A stretch of 64,000 bases of DNA from an uncultured Bacillota bacterium (GTDB lineage Bacteria; Bacillota_I; Bacilli_A; RF39; UBA660), in NCBI GenBank assembly GCA_902492995.1, contig CABUNR010000001.1, positions 1,580-65,579 of the forward strand, read 5' to 3'. Below the pieces are notes generated by a model that was not told where the DNA came from, searched no databases, and worked only from the letters and a program-made list of their open reading frames with translations. A program made the translations under genes and the position numbers. Positions 21,807 to 31,471 of this stretch are shown in pieces (position 1 is the first letter of the stretch; each line of letters opens with the position of its first letter).

Positions 21807-23681
21807 ATGGACTTTGAAGTAATAGTAGTAGGTGGCGGACATGCTGGATGTGAAGCTGCGCTTGCAACAGCAAGAATTGGACATAAAACATTGTTAGTAA
21901 CAGGAAATATTAATAATATAGCTGATATGCCATGTAATCCATCAATTGGAGGAAGTGCAAAAGGAATAGTTGTTAGAGAAATTGATGCATTAGGTGGAGA
22001 AATGGGTGTAAATGCTGATAAAAGCTTAATTCAAATCAAAATGTTAAATGGAGGAAAAGGCCCTGCAGTTCAAGCACTAAGAGCTCAAGCAGATAAAATA
22101 ACATATCCAAAAGAAATGTTAAAAACATTAAATTCTACTAAAAATTTAGAAATAAAAGAAGCAATGGTAGAGGATCTTATTATAAATGAAAATAAAGTAA
22201 AGGGAATCATATTAGAAGATAATACTAAAATAACATCAAAAGTAGTTATCCTAACAACCGGTACATATTTAAAAGCAGATATAATGGTTGGTGACACTAG
22301 AAGAAGAGAAGGACCACATGGTGAAAAACCATCTAATCATTTAAGTGATAATTTAAAAAAATATGGTTTAAAAATAATAAGATTAAAAACAGGAACTCCT
22401 CAAAGACTTGATAAAAAAACAATAGATTTTAGTAAAACAAAAGAAGAATTAGGTGATAATACTTTATTAAGTTTTAGTTTTGATAGACAACCTTCATATA
22501 AAATAGAAGAACAAGTTCCATGTCATTTAGTTTATACAACAGAAGAAACACACAAAATAATAAGAGAAAATTTAAATAAATCAAGCATGTATGGAGGATT
22601 AAATGATGTAACAGGAGTTGGTCCAAGATATTGTCCATCAATAGAAGATAAAGTAGTAAGATTTGCAGACAAAGAAAGACATCAATTATTTTTAGAGCCA
22701 GAAAGTTTATATTACGATGATATATATTTACAAGGTTTTTCAACATCTATGCCACATGATATTCAAGAAAAAATGGTTCATTCTATAAAAGGACTTGAAA
22801 ATGCTAAAATACTTAAATATGCATATGCAATAGAATATGATGCAATATATCCAACCCAAATGAAATTATCTCTTGAAAATAAAGTTATAGAAAATCTATT
22901 TACAGCAGGGCAAATAAATGGAACAAGTGGTTATGAGGAGGCAGCAGGTCAAGGAATAATAGCAGGAATAAATGCAGCTTTAAAAATAGAAGAAAAAGAT
23001 CCTCTAATATTAAAGAGAAATGAATCATATATTGGAGTATTAATTGATGATTTAGTAACAAAAGGAATAAGGGATCCATATAGATTACTTACATCACGAG
23101 CTGAGTATAGATTGTTACTTAGAAGTGATAATGCAGATTTAAGATTAAGAAAATATGGATATCAAGTAGGACTTATTAATAATGAAAAATATAATAAATA
23201 TTTAAATAAAATAAAAAAAATAGAAGAAGTAAAAGAAATATTAAAAAATAATAAAATTACACCAAAAGAAGAAGTTAATAAATATTTAATAGAAAATAAT
23301 TCAACTCCTTTAAAAGATGGAATAACATTATATAGTTTACTTAAAAGAACAGAACTTAATATAGAAAATATAAAAAATTTTCTAGATTTAAATTATGAAA
23401 ATGAAATATTAAAAGAAGTAGAAATAGATATAAAATATGAAGGATATATAAATAAAGCAAACAAAGATGCAGAAAAAATGTTAAAACTTGAAAATAAAAA
23501 AATACCAAAAAATATTGATTATTCAAAAATAAAAAATATAGCAAGTGAAGCAAAACAAAAATTACAAGAAGTTAATCCAGAATCATTAGGGCAAGCACTA
23601 AGAATTAGTGGAGTAAATCCAAGTGATATTTCAATTTTATCTGTTTATTTAAAAAGAAATTATAAAAATGAATCAAAATAA
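21807..23681 (+). CDS. mnmG: tRNA uridine 5-carboxymethylaminomethyl modification enzyme MnmG (GidA)
   Basis: Starts [18 protein letters not shown] (FAD motif). The start is moved to ATG 21807 (GAGGTG upstream). The intergenic region holds a hairpin with a T-run and a TTGTTA-17-TATAAT promoter. Confidence 0.95.
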   Translation: MDFEVIVVGGGHAGCEAALATARIGHKTLLVTGNINNIADMPCNPSIGGSAKGIVVREIDALGGEMGVNADKSLIQIKMLNGGKGPAVQALRAQADKITYPKEMLKTLNSTKNLEIKEAMVEDLIINENKVKGIILEDNTKITSKVVILTTGTYLKADIMVGDTRRREGPHGEKPSNHLSDNLKKYGLKIIRLKTGTPQRLDKKTIDFSKTKEELGDNTLLSFSFDRQPSYKIEEQVPCHLVYTTEETHKIIRENLNKSSMYGGLNDVTGVGPRYCPSIEDKVVRFADKERHQLFLEPESLYYDDIYLQGFSTSMPHDIQEKMVHSIKGLENAKILKYAYAIEYDAIYPTQMKLSLENKVIENLFTAGQINGTSGYEEAAGQGIIAGINAALKIEEKDPLILKRNESYIGVLIDDLVTKGIRDPYRLLTSRAEYRLLLRSDNADLRLRKYGYQVGLINNEKYNKYLNKIKKIEEVKEILKNNKITPKEEVNKYLIENNSTPLKDGITLYSLLKRTELNIENIKNFLDLNYENEILKEVEIDIKYEGYINKANKDAEKMLKLENKKIPKNIDYSKIKNIASEAKQKLQEVNPESLGQALRISGVNPSDISILSVYLKRNYKNESK

Positions 23682-24372
23682 ATTTATAGAAGAATTAAAA
23701 AAAATAAATATAGAAATAACAGATAAACAATTAGAACAATTAGAAATTTATTATGAATTATTAATAGAATATAATAAAGTGATGAATTTAACTGGAATAA
23801 CAGAAAAAAATCAAGTATATTTAAAACATTTTTATGATTCGTTAACTATAGCTAAAATAATAGATATAACAAAAGAAGAAACCTTGTGTGATATAGGAAC
23901 AGGAGCAGGATTTCCTGGAATGGTTCTTAAAATAATTTTTCCAAATTTAAAGGTGACATTAGTTGATTCTTTAAATAAAAGAATAGAATTTCTAAAAATG
24001 GTAAAAGAAAAACTTAAATTAACAAACATAGAAATAATTCATTCAAGAATTGAAGATTATGCAAAAGATAATCGTGAAAAATTTGATATTGTTACATCAA
24101 GAGCAGTAGCAAATCTTTCAATATTATTAGAATATGCTATACCTTTAGTAAAAGTAAATAAATATTTTATTGCTATGAAAGGTAATGCAAAAGAAGAAAT
24201 AGAAGCAGGTAAAAATGCATTTAAAGTATTAAATAGTTATATAGAAAAAAGTTTAGAATTTAAATTACCAATAGAGAATAGTCAAAGAGATTTAATCAAA
24301 ATAAAAAAAATATCTATTACAAATAAAAAATACCCAAGAAAATATAGTGAAATAAAAAAGAAAAAATTATAA
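23668..24372 (+). CDS. rsmG: 16S rRNA (guanine527-N7)-methyltransferase RsmG (GidB)
   Basis: 234 aa with SAM motif [10 protein letters not shown]. Lies downstream of mnmG. Confidence 0.93.
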   Translation: MNQNKFIEELKKINIEITDKQLEQLEIYYELLIEYNKVMNLTGITEKNQVYLKHFYDSLTIAKIIDITKEETLCDIGTGAGFPGMVLKIIFPNLKVTLVDSLNKRIEFLKMVKEKLKLTNIEIIHSRIEDYAKDNREKFDIVTSRAVANLSILLEYAIPLVKVNKYFIAMKGNAKEEIEAGKNAFKVLNSYIEKSLEFKLPIENSQRDLIKIKKISITNKKYPRKYSEIKKKKL

Positions 24373-24404
24373 AAAATAAAATTCTTTTTTTTTATTTTAA
24401 AATT

Positions 24405-24418
24405 ATTTCCCGGAAAAT
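24405..24418. promoter_or_regulatory. near-perfect Noc-binding sequence (13 of 14 matches to ATTTCCCGGGAAAT)
   Basis: atttcccggaaaat has a single mismatch at position 10. It ends 2 bp before the -35 of the candidate noc promoter. Confidence 0.5.
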
Positions 24419-24419
24419 A

Positions 24420-24448
24420 TTGAAAATCATTAAAAAATATAGTATTAT
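24420..24448 (+). promoter_or_regulatory. candidate noc promoter (TTGAAA-17-TATTAT)
   Basis: ttgaaa at 24420-24425, a 17-nt spacer, and tattat at 24443-24448, 30 nt upstream of the ATG. Confidence 0.5.
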
Positions 24449-24477
24449 TATATAGAATAGGAAAAGGGGAAGATAAA

Positions 24478-26220
24478 ATGAGAATGAGAAAGGAAGTTTT
24501 TATTCTTAGTATAGATGATATTTTGCCAAATAGATTTCAACCAAGAATAAAATTTGATGAAAAGGCTATTTTAGAATTATCAGAATCAATAAAAAAACAT
24601 GGTGTAATACAACCAATTATAGTAAGAAAAATAGCAGATAAATATGAAATAATTGCGGGAGAAAGAAGATATAAAGCAAGTGTTATAGCAGGGAGACAAA
24701 CTATACCAGCTATAATTACAGATGTAGATGATAAAGAAAGTGCAGAAATCGCACTTATTGAAAATGTTCAAAGACAAGACATGACCCCTATAGAAGAAGC
24801 AATATCTTATAAAAAAATATTAGATATGGGATATTTAAATCAAACTGAACTAGCAACAAAACTTGGAAAAACTCAATCAACTATTGCAAATAAACTTCGT
24901 TTATTAAATTTAGCAGATGAAGTTCAAGAAGCATTATTGGATGAAAGAATTTCAGAAAGACATGCAAGATCTTTACTAAAATTAGAAAAAAAAGATCAAG
25001 TAGCTTTTTTAAATAAAATAATAAAAGATAGAATGACAGTTAGAAAAACAGATCAAATAATAAATGAATTTTTAAATAAAAACAAAGAAAAAACAATAGA
25101 AATTTCAAAAATAAAAGAAGAAAAAGGTGAAAATATGAATAATGATTTTAATAATATGAATAATAATTTTAATATTCCAACTGGTAATATTTTAGATTCA
25201 AATTCATTACAACAACAAAATAATAATATTAATCCAGGTTTTATGGATGTTGATAATATAGCAAATAGTGCTAAAGATTTAAATTTAAATCAAAATGAAA
25301 TAATAGGGCAAAAGAAACCTTTTGATCCATTTAATACTCCATCACAAAATGTTCCACAATCAGAACCAGTAAATCCATTTAATGCACCAATGCAAAATGA
25401 AGTGTCAAAATCAGAGCCAATGAATCCATTTAGCGTACCAATGCAAAATGAGGCACCAGCATCAGAACAATATAATCCATTTAGTGCACCAATGCAAAAT
25501 GGAGCAACAGGTCCAGAAAAGTATAGTCCATTTAGCGCACCAGTACAAAATGAAACACCAGTGCCAGAACCAATGAATCCATTTAGTGCACCAGTACAAA
25601 ATGAAACACCAGTGCCAGAACCAATGAATCCATTTAGTGCACCAATGCAAAATGAAACACCAGTGCCAGAACCAATGAATCCATTTAGTGCACCAGTACA
25701 AAATGAAACACCAGTGCCAGAACCAATGAATCCATTTAGCGCACCAGTACAAAATGAAACACCAGTGCCAGAACCAATGAATCCATTTAGCGCACCAGTA
25801 CAAAATGAAACACCAGTGCCAGAACCAATGAATCCATTTAGCGCACCAGTACAAAATGAAACACCAGTGCCAGAACCAATGAATCCATTTAGCACACCAG
25901 TACAAAATGAAGTATCAGGACCAGAACCAATGAATCCATTTAGTGCACCAACACAAAATGAATCAATAAATTCATCATTCAATTCATCAAATTATAATTC
26001 ATTTTCACCAATGCCTAATTATCCATTACCTGAAGAAAAAGAATTAACACCATTAATGCCTAATAATAATTTAAATTCAGCAGAGAGACCATCACTTAAT
26101 GTAATGATAAATAAAATTAGACAATGTATTAATGAAATTGAGGCGTCAGGTTATAAAATTGATATGGATGAATTAGATTTTCCAAATAGTTATGAATTTA
26201 CTATAAAAATAGATAAGTAA
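24478..26220 (+). CDS. noc: nucleoid occlusion protein Noc (ParB family) with a ~330-residue repeat-rich insertion
   Basis: 580 aa. Contains PNRFQPR, GERR, LGKTQSTIANKLRLLNL...ISERHARSL and the C-terminus INKIRQCINEIEASGYKIDMDELDFPNSYEFTIKIDK. These resemble B. subtilis Noc (QSTIANKLRLLKL...ITERHARAL...IRIPK) rather than Spo0J. Lies downstream of rsmG. Confidence 0.85.
   Translation: MRMRKEVFILSIDDILPNRFQPRIKFDEKAILELSESIKKHGVIQPIIVRKIADKYEIIAGERRYKASVIAGRQTIPAIITDVDDKESAEIALIENVQRQDMTPIEEAISYKKILDMGYLNQTELATKLGKTQSTIANKLRLLNLADEVQEALLDERISERHARSLLKLEKKDQVAFLNKIIKDRMTVRKTDQIINEFLNKNKEKTIEISKIKEEKGENMNNDFNNMNNNFNIPTGNILDSNSLQQQNNNINPGFMDVDNIANSAKDLNLNQNEIIGQKKPFDPFNTPSQNVPQSEPVNPFNAPMQNEVSKSEPMNPFSVPMQNEAPASEQYNPFSAPMQNGATGPEKYSPFSAPVQNETPVPEPMNPFSAPVQNETPVPEPMNPFSAPMQNETPVPEPMNPFSAPVQNETPVPEPMNPFSAPVQNETPVPEPMNPFSAPVQNETPVPEPMNPFSAPVQNETPVPEPMNPFSTPVQNEVSGPEPMNPFSAPTQNESINSSFNSSNYNSFSPMPNYPLPEEKELTPLMPNNNLNSAERPSLNVMINKIRQCINEIEASGYKIDMDELDFPNSYEFTIKIDK
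25324..25986 (+). repeat. 13 in-frame tandem 51-bp units encoding (N/D/S)PF(S/N)xPxQNExxxxExx
   Basis: Seven near-identical units occupy 25528-25884 (ccatttagYgcaccaRtRcaaaatgaaacaccagtgccagaaccaatgaat). They are flanked by progressively diverged units. Confidence 0.95.
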
Positions 26221-26244
26221 TGTAAAAAAATGTAAAGAATTATA

Positions 26245-26269
26245 AAAAGAAGATATAATCTTCTTTTTT
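26245..26269 (+). terminator. rho-independent terminator after noc
   Basis: AAGAAGAT/ATCTTCTT stem followed by TTTTTT. Confidence 0.6.
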
Positions 26270-26298
26270 GTGATAAAATATTAATAGGAGGTTTAAAT

Positions 26299-26568
26299 AT
26301 GAAAGAAAATCAAAAAAATGGCAAAATTTATAAAGATGGTAAGTTATATAAAGTTGTTTTCCCAGAAACAGAATTTGATAAGTTATATAAAATTGGTTTT
26401 GAAGATGGTATGGAAATAGCAAATAAATTAGAAAATAAAAAAGAAAATTTAAAAAATTTAAATCCAGTAGGACCACAAAAATATCTTGAAGGTTATAGAG
26501 ATGGAATTCAAAAAGCCCGTGAAGATTATTTAAATAGACAAGAAGAAACATCAAAAAAAACTAGATAA
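26299..26568 (+). CDS. hypothetical protein (89 aa)
   Basis: AGGAGG RBS upstream. Contains two G(F/Y)xDGxxxA motifs (GFEDGMEIA and GYRDGIQKA). No family recognised. Confidence 0.5.
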   Translation: MKENQKNGKIYKDGKLYKVVFPETEFDKLYKIGFEDGMEIANKLENKKENLKNLNPVGPQKYLEGYRDGIQKAREDYLNRQEETSKKTR

Positions 26569-26579
26569 TCTAGTTTTTT
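26553..26579 (+). terminator. rho-independent terminator overlapping the stop codon of the 89-aa ORF
   Basis: AAAAACTAGA-taa-TCTAGTTTTT, with the stop codon in the loop, followed by a T-run. Confidence 0.6.
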
Positions 26580-26724
26580 ATTTTACTTTTAAAATTAATC
26601 TACTTTATAAAAAATATATAATGCTTTATTGTTTTAATATTAAATAAGTGTTAAAATAATTTACTAGAAAAGGCAAATAATAAAAATAGTTTTATGAATC
26701 ATAATAAGGAGAAAGTATGCTATT

Positions 26725-27672
26725 TTGTTAACTATTATTAATATGCATGTGGAAAATATGACCTTAAAAATTATTATAGAAGAATATTATAACTTGATTT
26801 GTGAAATGAATTATTTACTAATTTTATTAAATTGGGTATTAGAAGATAATGAAAGTATTCAATTTGTAAAAGAAAAAATATTAATAAATAATAATTTTAA
26901 ATATATAGAAAAAGAAAAAATTTTAAAACGTTTATCTAATTTAATAGATAATAATAATTTAAACTATAAAATTATAAATTATTTAGATAATTTAATAACA
27001 TTTGCCCAAAAATATAATATTAATTCATTTGAAGAAATAGAAAATAAAATTTTAAAATTATGGAATAAAGAACATATTTATGACGAATCATTATTAAAAT
27101 ATATTATTAGAATAGATTCAGATAATTTATATAAAATATATATTGATATGGTAAAAGAAAATTTGATTAAAGATCCAAATATCCGTATTGGTACTTCGTC
27201 TGAACCATTGTTTATTATGCTTCCTAAAAAAGAAGAGTTGTTAATTTATAATTTAAAGGTTATTTCTAATCCATTAGTAGATTGGACTATACTAAATAAT
27301 GGAGCGATTGCACTAGAACATTTTATTTCTGAATCATCATCAAGTGAAAATGAAATATTAAAGAAATATTATCACGATATAATAATGAATGCTATAAAAG
27401 AAAATATGTGTGTATTTAATAATAAATATTTTAAATTCTCAAGATATAGTTGCTTTGAAAGAGTAACAGGATTATACTTGTTATCATTATATGAAGAAGA
27501 AAACATACAATATTTATGTGAAAGATTAAGAGATGATAAATTTATAAAAGAAATAAAGGAATACTTAATAAGAAATGATGGATATAATCATCAATTAGAA
27601 TTATATAAAGAACATAATCTTCAAGGTGATAATGGTTTAAATCAAATAAAATTATTAGGAAAGAATAAATAG
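26725..27672 (+). CDS. hypothetical protein (~300-315 aa), no recognisable family
   Basis: A long ORF in an otherwise non-coding gap. The start is uncertain (TTG 26725, ATG 26743 or ATG 26758). AAGGAG at 26706-26711 precedes a 4-codon mini-ORF. The composition looks predominantly helical. Confidence 0.5.
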   Translation: MLTIINMHVENMTLKIIIEEYYNLICEMNYLLILLNWVLEDNESIQFVKEKILINNNFKYIEKEKILKRLSNLIDNNNLNYKIINYLDNLITFAQKYNINSFEEIENKILKLWNKEHIYDESLLKYIIRIDSDNLYKIYIDMVKENLIKDPNIRIGTSSEPLFIMLPKKEELLIYNLKVISNPLVDWTILNNGAIALEHFISESSSSENEILKKYYHDIIMNAIKENMCVFNNKYFKFSRYSCFERVTGLYLLSLYEEENIQYLCERLRDDKFIKEIKEYLIRNDGYNHQLELYKEHNLQGDNGLNQIKLLGKNK

Positions 27673-27701
27673 TTTAATTAAAAAGTTGATATAATAAGAA
27701 T

Positions 27702-27729
27702 AAGGTATTTTGGTGAATACCTTGTTTTA
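27702..27729 (+). terminator. rho-independent terminator after the 315-aa ORF
   Basis: AAGGTATT-ttggtg-AATACCTT followed by GTTTTAT. Confidence 0.6.
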
Positions 27730-27774
27730 TTGTATATAAAATGATAAAATACAAATGATTAAAAGAAATAAAAT

Positions 27775-28011
27775 ATTTTTAAATTAGAGTTAAAATAAAA
27801 ATCAAGTGAAGACCAACCATAGTCAATAGATAATTTAGTTAAAAAAATATAAAATGGTGAAAAATATCAAGTTTTGCTAGAAGCTGATGGTACTGGTAAA
27901 ACTTTTACTATTACTAATATAATTGAAGAAGTAAATAAATTAAACATATTTTTAGCACATAACAAGATACTTACAGGACAACTTTATGAAAAATTACAGA
28001 AATTATTTTCT
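27775..28011 (+). pseudogene. decayed duplicate of the first ~79 codons of uvrB
   Basis: Colinear with uvrB 29502-29738 with no indels (hand count ~43 mismatches in ~236 nt). The ATG has become ATT. In-frame stops lie at codons 8, 16 and 26. Walker A GATGTGKT has become EADGTGKT. The 77-aa track ORF 27874-28107 is part of this fragment. Confidence 0.85.
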
Positions 28012-28260
28012 ATATTATTTTTTTATAGAAATACATATAAATCTTCTTTATTTTTGTGTATTTTAATTTTATTTAATCGCTTAAAAAAACATAAAAAGAT
28101 AAAATGAAAATAGATAATAAAATGTAAATTAGTTGCCAAAATTCGTATTTATTCGTTTTTGCTAAAAATTGAAAATTACAATAATATGTGATATATTATT
28201 AATCAATAAAAAGAGACTTTTTCAACGTAATTTAAGATCTGATGATAAAGGAATGATTAT

Positions 28261-29397
28261 ATGATTAAATATTATAAAGAATTAGAGAATAGATTGAATT
28301 ATTATCTACCACTAGTAGATATTGAAGATAAAGGAAAAAAAGAATTATTTGATTATGAAATACCATTTTCATTTATAGAAAAATATGCAGATTTATTTAA
28401 AAGTAGTGAATTTCTAATTACTATTTTTAAATATTTTAATATTGATGAATGGTTTAGTAATAATATATATATTGATTACGAAAATACCTGTTCTGTTTAT
28501 AGTGAATTTGAAAGTATAAGAGAAGAAATTTATTGCATATTAGAAGAATATAGAAAAATAAATTTTTCTTATAGTGCAATAGAAAATTATTTATACTTAA
28601 TTAAAAAATTATCCATCTTATATATAGATTTATTACCAAATAATAAACAATATTACACTTTGCTTAATAAAAAAATTATTGTTGCAATAGATGAATTAAA
28701 AAAATACAATACAATTTATTATAAACCAAATAAGGTAGATAATATATATCAAGCAGATACATGGTATATAACGTCTAATGGATATCTATATAATGCTGGA
28801 AGAGATGGGCATAAAAGTAGAGATTTATCATTCAACTATAATAATATTAAAAATTCTATAGATAATAATAGAAATATATTAGATAATCATGAAAATTCAA
28901 ATAAATATTTAAAAATGTCTACAAAAATCAAAGAAAATGGTTATATAACATCGGGACAATTTAAGATGTTTTTAAATTATATAAGTCAACCGGCCTATTT
29001 AGAGTCAATTAATGGAATAAACGTAACGAGAGAAAAAAATATAATCCAATTAACTTTAGGTATAATTAATGCTCAAGCATGCTTTTATAGATTTTTTGAA
29101 GATTTATGTATATATACTGAAAAACCAAAAAACGAAATTCAAAAAATAATAGATTGGACTAATGATGATATAAGGGATGTATTAGTTAGGTGCTGCGGTT
29201 TCCATAAAATTGAATCAATGCAGGAAAAAACTATTACAACTAGTTGTATCAATTATGAAAAAGAATTAGAAGAATATATAAATAATGGATGGAACATAGT
29301 ATTTATACCACCATTTATCATTGATAAAGATAACCATTGTTTAAAGGAATATCCAGAAAATTTTTTAGTTATAAAAAGATTATTGAAAATTATCTAG
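28261..29397 (+). CDS. hypothetical protein (378 aa), no recognisable family
   Basis: A long ORF with a plausible TTGAAA-17-TATATT promoter at ~28169-28197. It lies between the uvrB fragment and intact uvrB. No motif was recognised beyond a weak RNxxxxH string. Confidence 0.55.
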   Translation: MIKYYKELENRLNYYLPLVDIEDKGKKELFDYEIPFSFIEKYADLFKSSEFLITIFKYFNIDEWFSNNIYIDYENTCSVYSEFESIREEIYCILEEYRKINFSYSAIENYLYLIKKLSILYIDLLPNNKQYYTLLNKKIIVAIDELKKYNTIYYKPNKVDNIYQADTWYITSNGYLYNAGRDGHKSRDLSFNYNNIKNSIDNNRNILDNHENSNKYLKMSTKIKENGYITSGQFKMFLNYISQPAYLESINGINVTREKNIIQLTLGIINAQACFYRFFEDLCIYTEKPKNEIQKIIDWTNDDIRDVLVRCCGFHKIESMQEKTITTSCINYEKELEEYINNGWNIVFIPPFIIDKDNHCLKEYPENFLVIKRLLKII

Positions 29398-29501
29398 TTT
29401 TATTTAGTATTGGTGTTAAAAATTTGTATCTATACAAAAACACATTTTTAATAGTTAGACATGAATTTCGTGGTTGATATTAGTCATAATAAGGAGGAAA
29501 T

Positions 29502-31445
29502 ATGTTTAAATTAGAGTCAAAATATAAACCAAGTGGAGACCAACCACAGGCAATAGATAAGTTAGTCAAAGGAATAGAAAATGGTGAAAAATATCAAGTT
29601 TTACTAGGAGCTACTGGTACTGGTAAGACTTTTACCATTGCTAACGTAATTGAAAAAGTTAATAAACCAACTTTAGTTTTAGCTCATAATAAAACTTTAG
29701 CTGGACAACTTTATGCAGAATTAAAAGAATTATTTCCAAATAATCATGTATGCTATTTTGTTTCTTATTATGATTATTATCAACCAGAAGCATATGTAGC
29801 AAAAACAGATACATATATAGAAAAAGATGCATCAATAAACGATGAAATAGATGAATTAAGACATTATGCAACGTCAGCTCTTTTAAATTATGATGATGTA
29901 ATAGTAGTATCATCAGTATCTTGTATATATGGTATAGGAGAAATAGAAGAATATCAAAAAAAAATGTTAACACTAAATGTCGGTGATGAAGTCAATAGAG
30001 ATGAGATTTTAATAAAATTAATAGATATGCTATATGAAAGAAATGATATAGAATTAAAAAGAGGAACATTTAGAGTAAGAGGAGATATATTAGAAATTAT
30101 GCCAATAAATCAACATGGAAGAGCAATAAGGATTGATTTTTTTGGAGATGAAATAGATAGCATATATGAGTATGATGTAATAACAGGAGCAATCATTACA
30201 AGTAAAAAAAGTATTTCACTATTTCCAGCAAGTCACTTTGTAACAAGTGAAGAAAAATTAAAAAAAGCAATAGAAAATATAAAAATAGAATTAGAAGAAA
30301 CATTACAAAAATTTAAATCAGAAAATAAATTGTTAGAATATCAACGTTTAAAAGAAAGAACTAATTATGATATAGAAATGCTTAGTGAAACAGGTACTTG
30401 TAGAGGAGTGGAAAATTATTCAAGGCATATGGCATTAAAAAAACCAGGAGAAACTCCAACTACATTAATAGATTTTTTTAAAAATAATTTTTTATTAGTA
30501 GTAGATGAATCTCATGTAACATTGCCACAAGTAAGAGGAATGTATAATGGGGATCAAGCTAGAAAAAAAGTATTAGTAGATTATGGTTTTCGCCTACCAA
30601 GTGCTATGGATAATAGGCCATTAAAATTTGAAGAATTTGAATCAAAAATAGATCAAATGATTTGTATTTCAGCAACTCCAGGTGAATATGAAATAGAAGC
30701 ATCACATGGAAAGGTAATAGAACAAATAATAAGACCAACAGGATTACTTGATCCAATTATAGAAGTAAAGCCAACAACTAATCAAATAGATGATTTATTA
30801 GAACAAATAAATAAAAGAAAAGAAAGAAACGAGAGAGTTTTAATAACAACCTTAACAATAAGAATGGCAGAAGAATTAACAAATTATCTAAAAAAATTAG
30901 ATATTAAAGTAGCATATTTACATAGTGAAATAAAAACACTAGAAAGATTAGAAATAATAAGAGATTTAAGAAAAGGAAAATATGATGTCTTAGTTGGAAT
31001 AAATTTACTTAGAGAAGGTTTAGATATACCAGAAGTAAGTTTGGTAGCTATAATGGATGCTGATAAACAAGGATTCTTAAGAAGTGAAAGAAGTTTAATT
31101 CAAACAATAGGAAGAGCAGCAAGAAATGAATTTGGATATGTTATAATGTATGCAGATACTATAAGTGATTCAATGAGTTATGCCATTGAAGAAACAACAA
31201 GAAGAAGAAACATACAAATGGAATATAATAAAAAACATAATATAATTCCAAAAACAATAAAAAAAGAAATTAGAGAAGTTATAACAAATAAAGAAGAAAT
31301 AAAAGAAGAAGAAAAAATATTAACACAGGAAGAAAAAAATCAAATGATATCAAAGATAGAAAAAGAAATGAAAGAAGCAGCAGCAAATTTAGATTTTGAA
31401 CGAGCAATGCAACTTAGAGATATATTATTTGAAATGAAATCATAA
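29502..31445 (+). CDS. uvrB: excinuclease ABC subunit B
   Basis: 647 aa with Walker [11 protein letters not shown], helicase motifs ([15 protein letters not shown]) and a C-terminal UVR motif [21 protein letters not shown]. Confidence 0.97.
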   Translation: MFKLESKYKPSGDQPQAIDKLVKGIENGEKYQVLLGATGTGKTFTIANVIEKVNKPTLVLAHNKTLAGQLYAELKELFPNNHVCYFVSYYDYYQPEAYVAKTDTYIEKDASINDEIDELRHYATSALLNYDDVIVVSSVSCIYGIGEIEEYQKKMLTLNVGDEVNRDEILIKLIDMLYERNDIELKRGTFRVRGDILEIMPINQHGRAIRIDFFGDEIDSIYEYDVITGAIITSKKSISLFPASHFVTSEEKLKKAIENIKIELEETLQKFKSENKLLEYQRLKERTNYDIEMLSETGTCRGVENYSRHMALKKPGETPTTLIDFFKNNFLLVVDESHVTLPQVRGMYNGDQARKKVLVDYGFRLPSAMDNRPLKFEEFESKIDQMICISATPGEYEIEASHGKVIEQIIRPTGLLDPIIEVKPTTNQIDDLLEQINKRKERNERVLITTLTIRMAEELTNYLKKLDIKVAYLHSEIKTLERLEIIRDLRKGKYDVLVGINLLREGLDIPEVSLVAIMDADKQGFLRSERSLIQTIGRAARNEFGYVIMYADTISDSMSYAIEETTRRRNIQMEYNKKHNIIPKTIKKEIREVITNKEEIKEEEKILTQEEKNQMISKIEKEMKEAAANLDFERAMQLRDILFEMKS

Positions 31446-31471
31446 TAATAGTATAATAAGAGGTATAAAGT

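Noticed and set aside
25290-25982. Long minus-strand ORFs (230 aa and 147 aa) antisense to the noc repeat region
   Set aside because: They are a by-product of the 51-bp tandem repeat, which keeps all frames open. Their products are pure repeats (…GALNGFIGSGTGVSFCT…) with no start context. The plus-strand frame is continuous with the conserved Noc N- and C-terminal domains.
25324-25986. Possible CRISPR array because of regularly spaced identical repeats
   Set aside because: The units are directly contiguous with no unique spacers. They are 51 bp long, in frame, and lie inside a conserved gene. No cas genes or leader are present.
25324-25986. Reiterated NPF tripeptides as eukaryotic EH-domain ligands (host-interaction mimicry)
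   Set aside because: The protein is a cytoplasmic DNA-binding ParB-family member with no secretion signal, so the resemblance to endocytic NPF motifs is most simply coincidental. It would need evidence of export to be taken seriously.
27874-28107. 77-aa ORF from the track as a real small gene
   Set aside because: Its first two-thirds is the decayed uvrB 5' duplicate read in the uvrB frame after the last internal stop. The remainder is low-complexity read-through. It is annotated as part of the pseudogene instead.
29398-29501. LexA (Cheo box, GAAC-N4-GTTC) operator upstream of uvrB or of the uvrB fragment
   Set aside because: No GAAC-N4-GTTC-like palindrome was found by eye in either upstream region. 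SOS control cannot be supported from the sequence.
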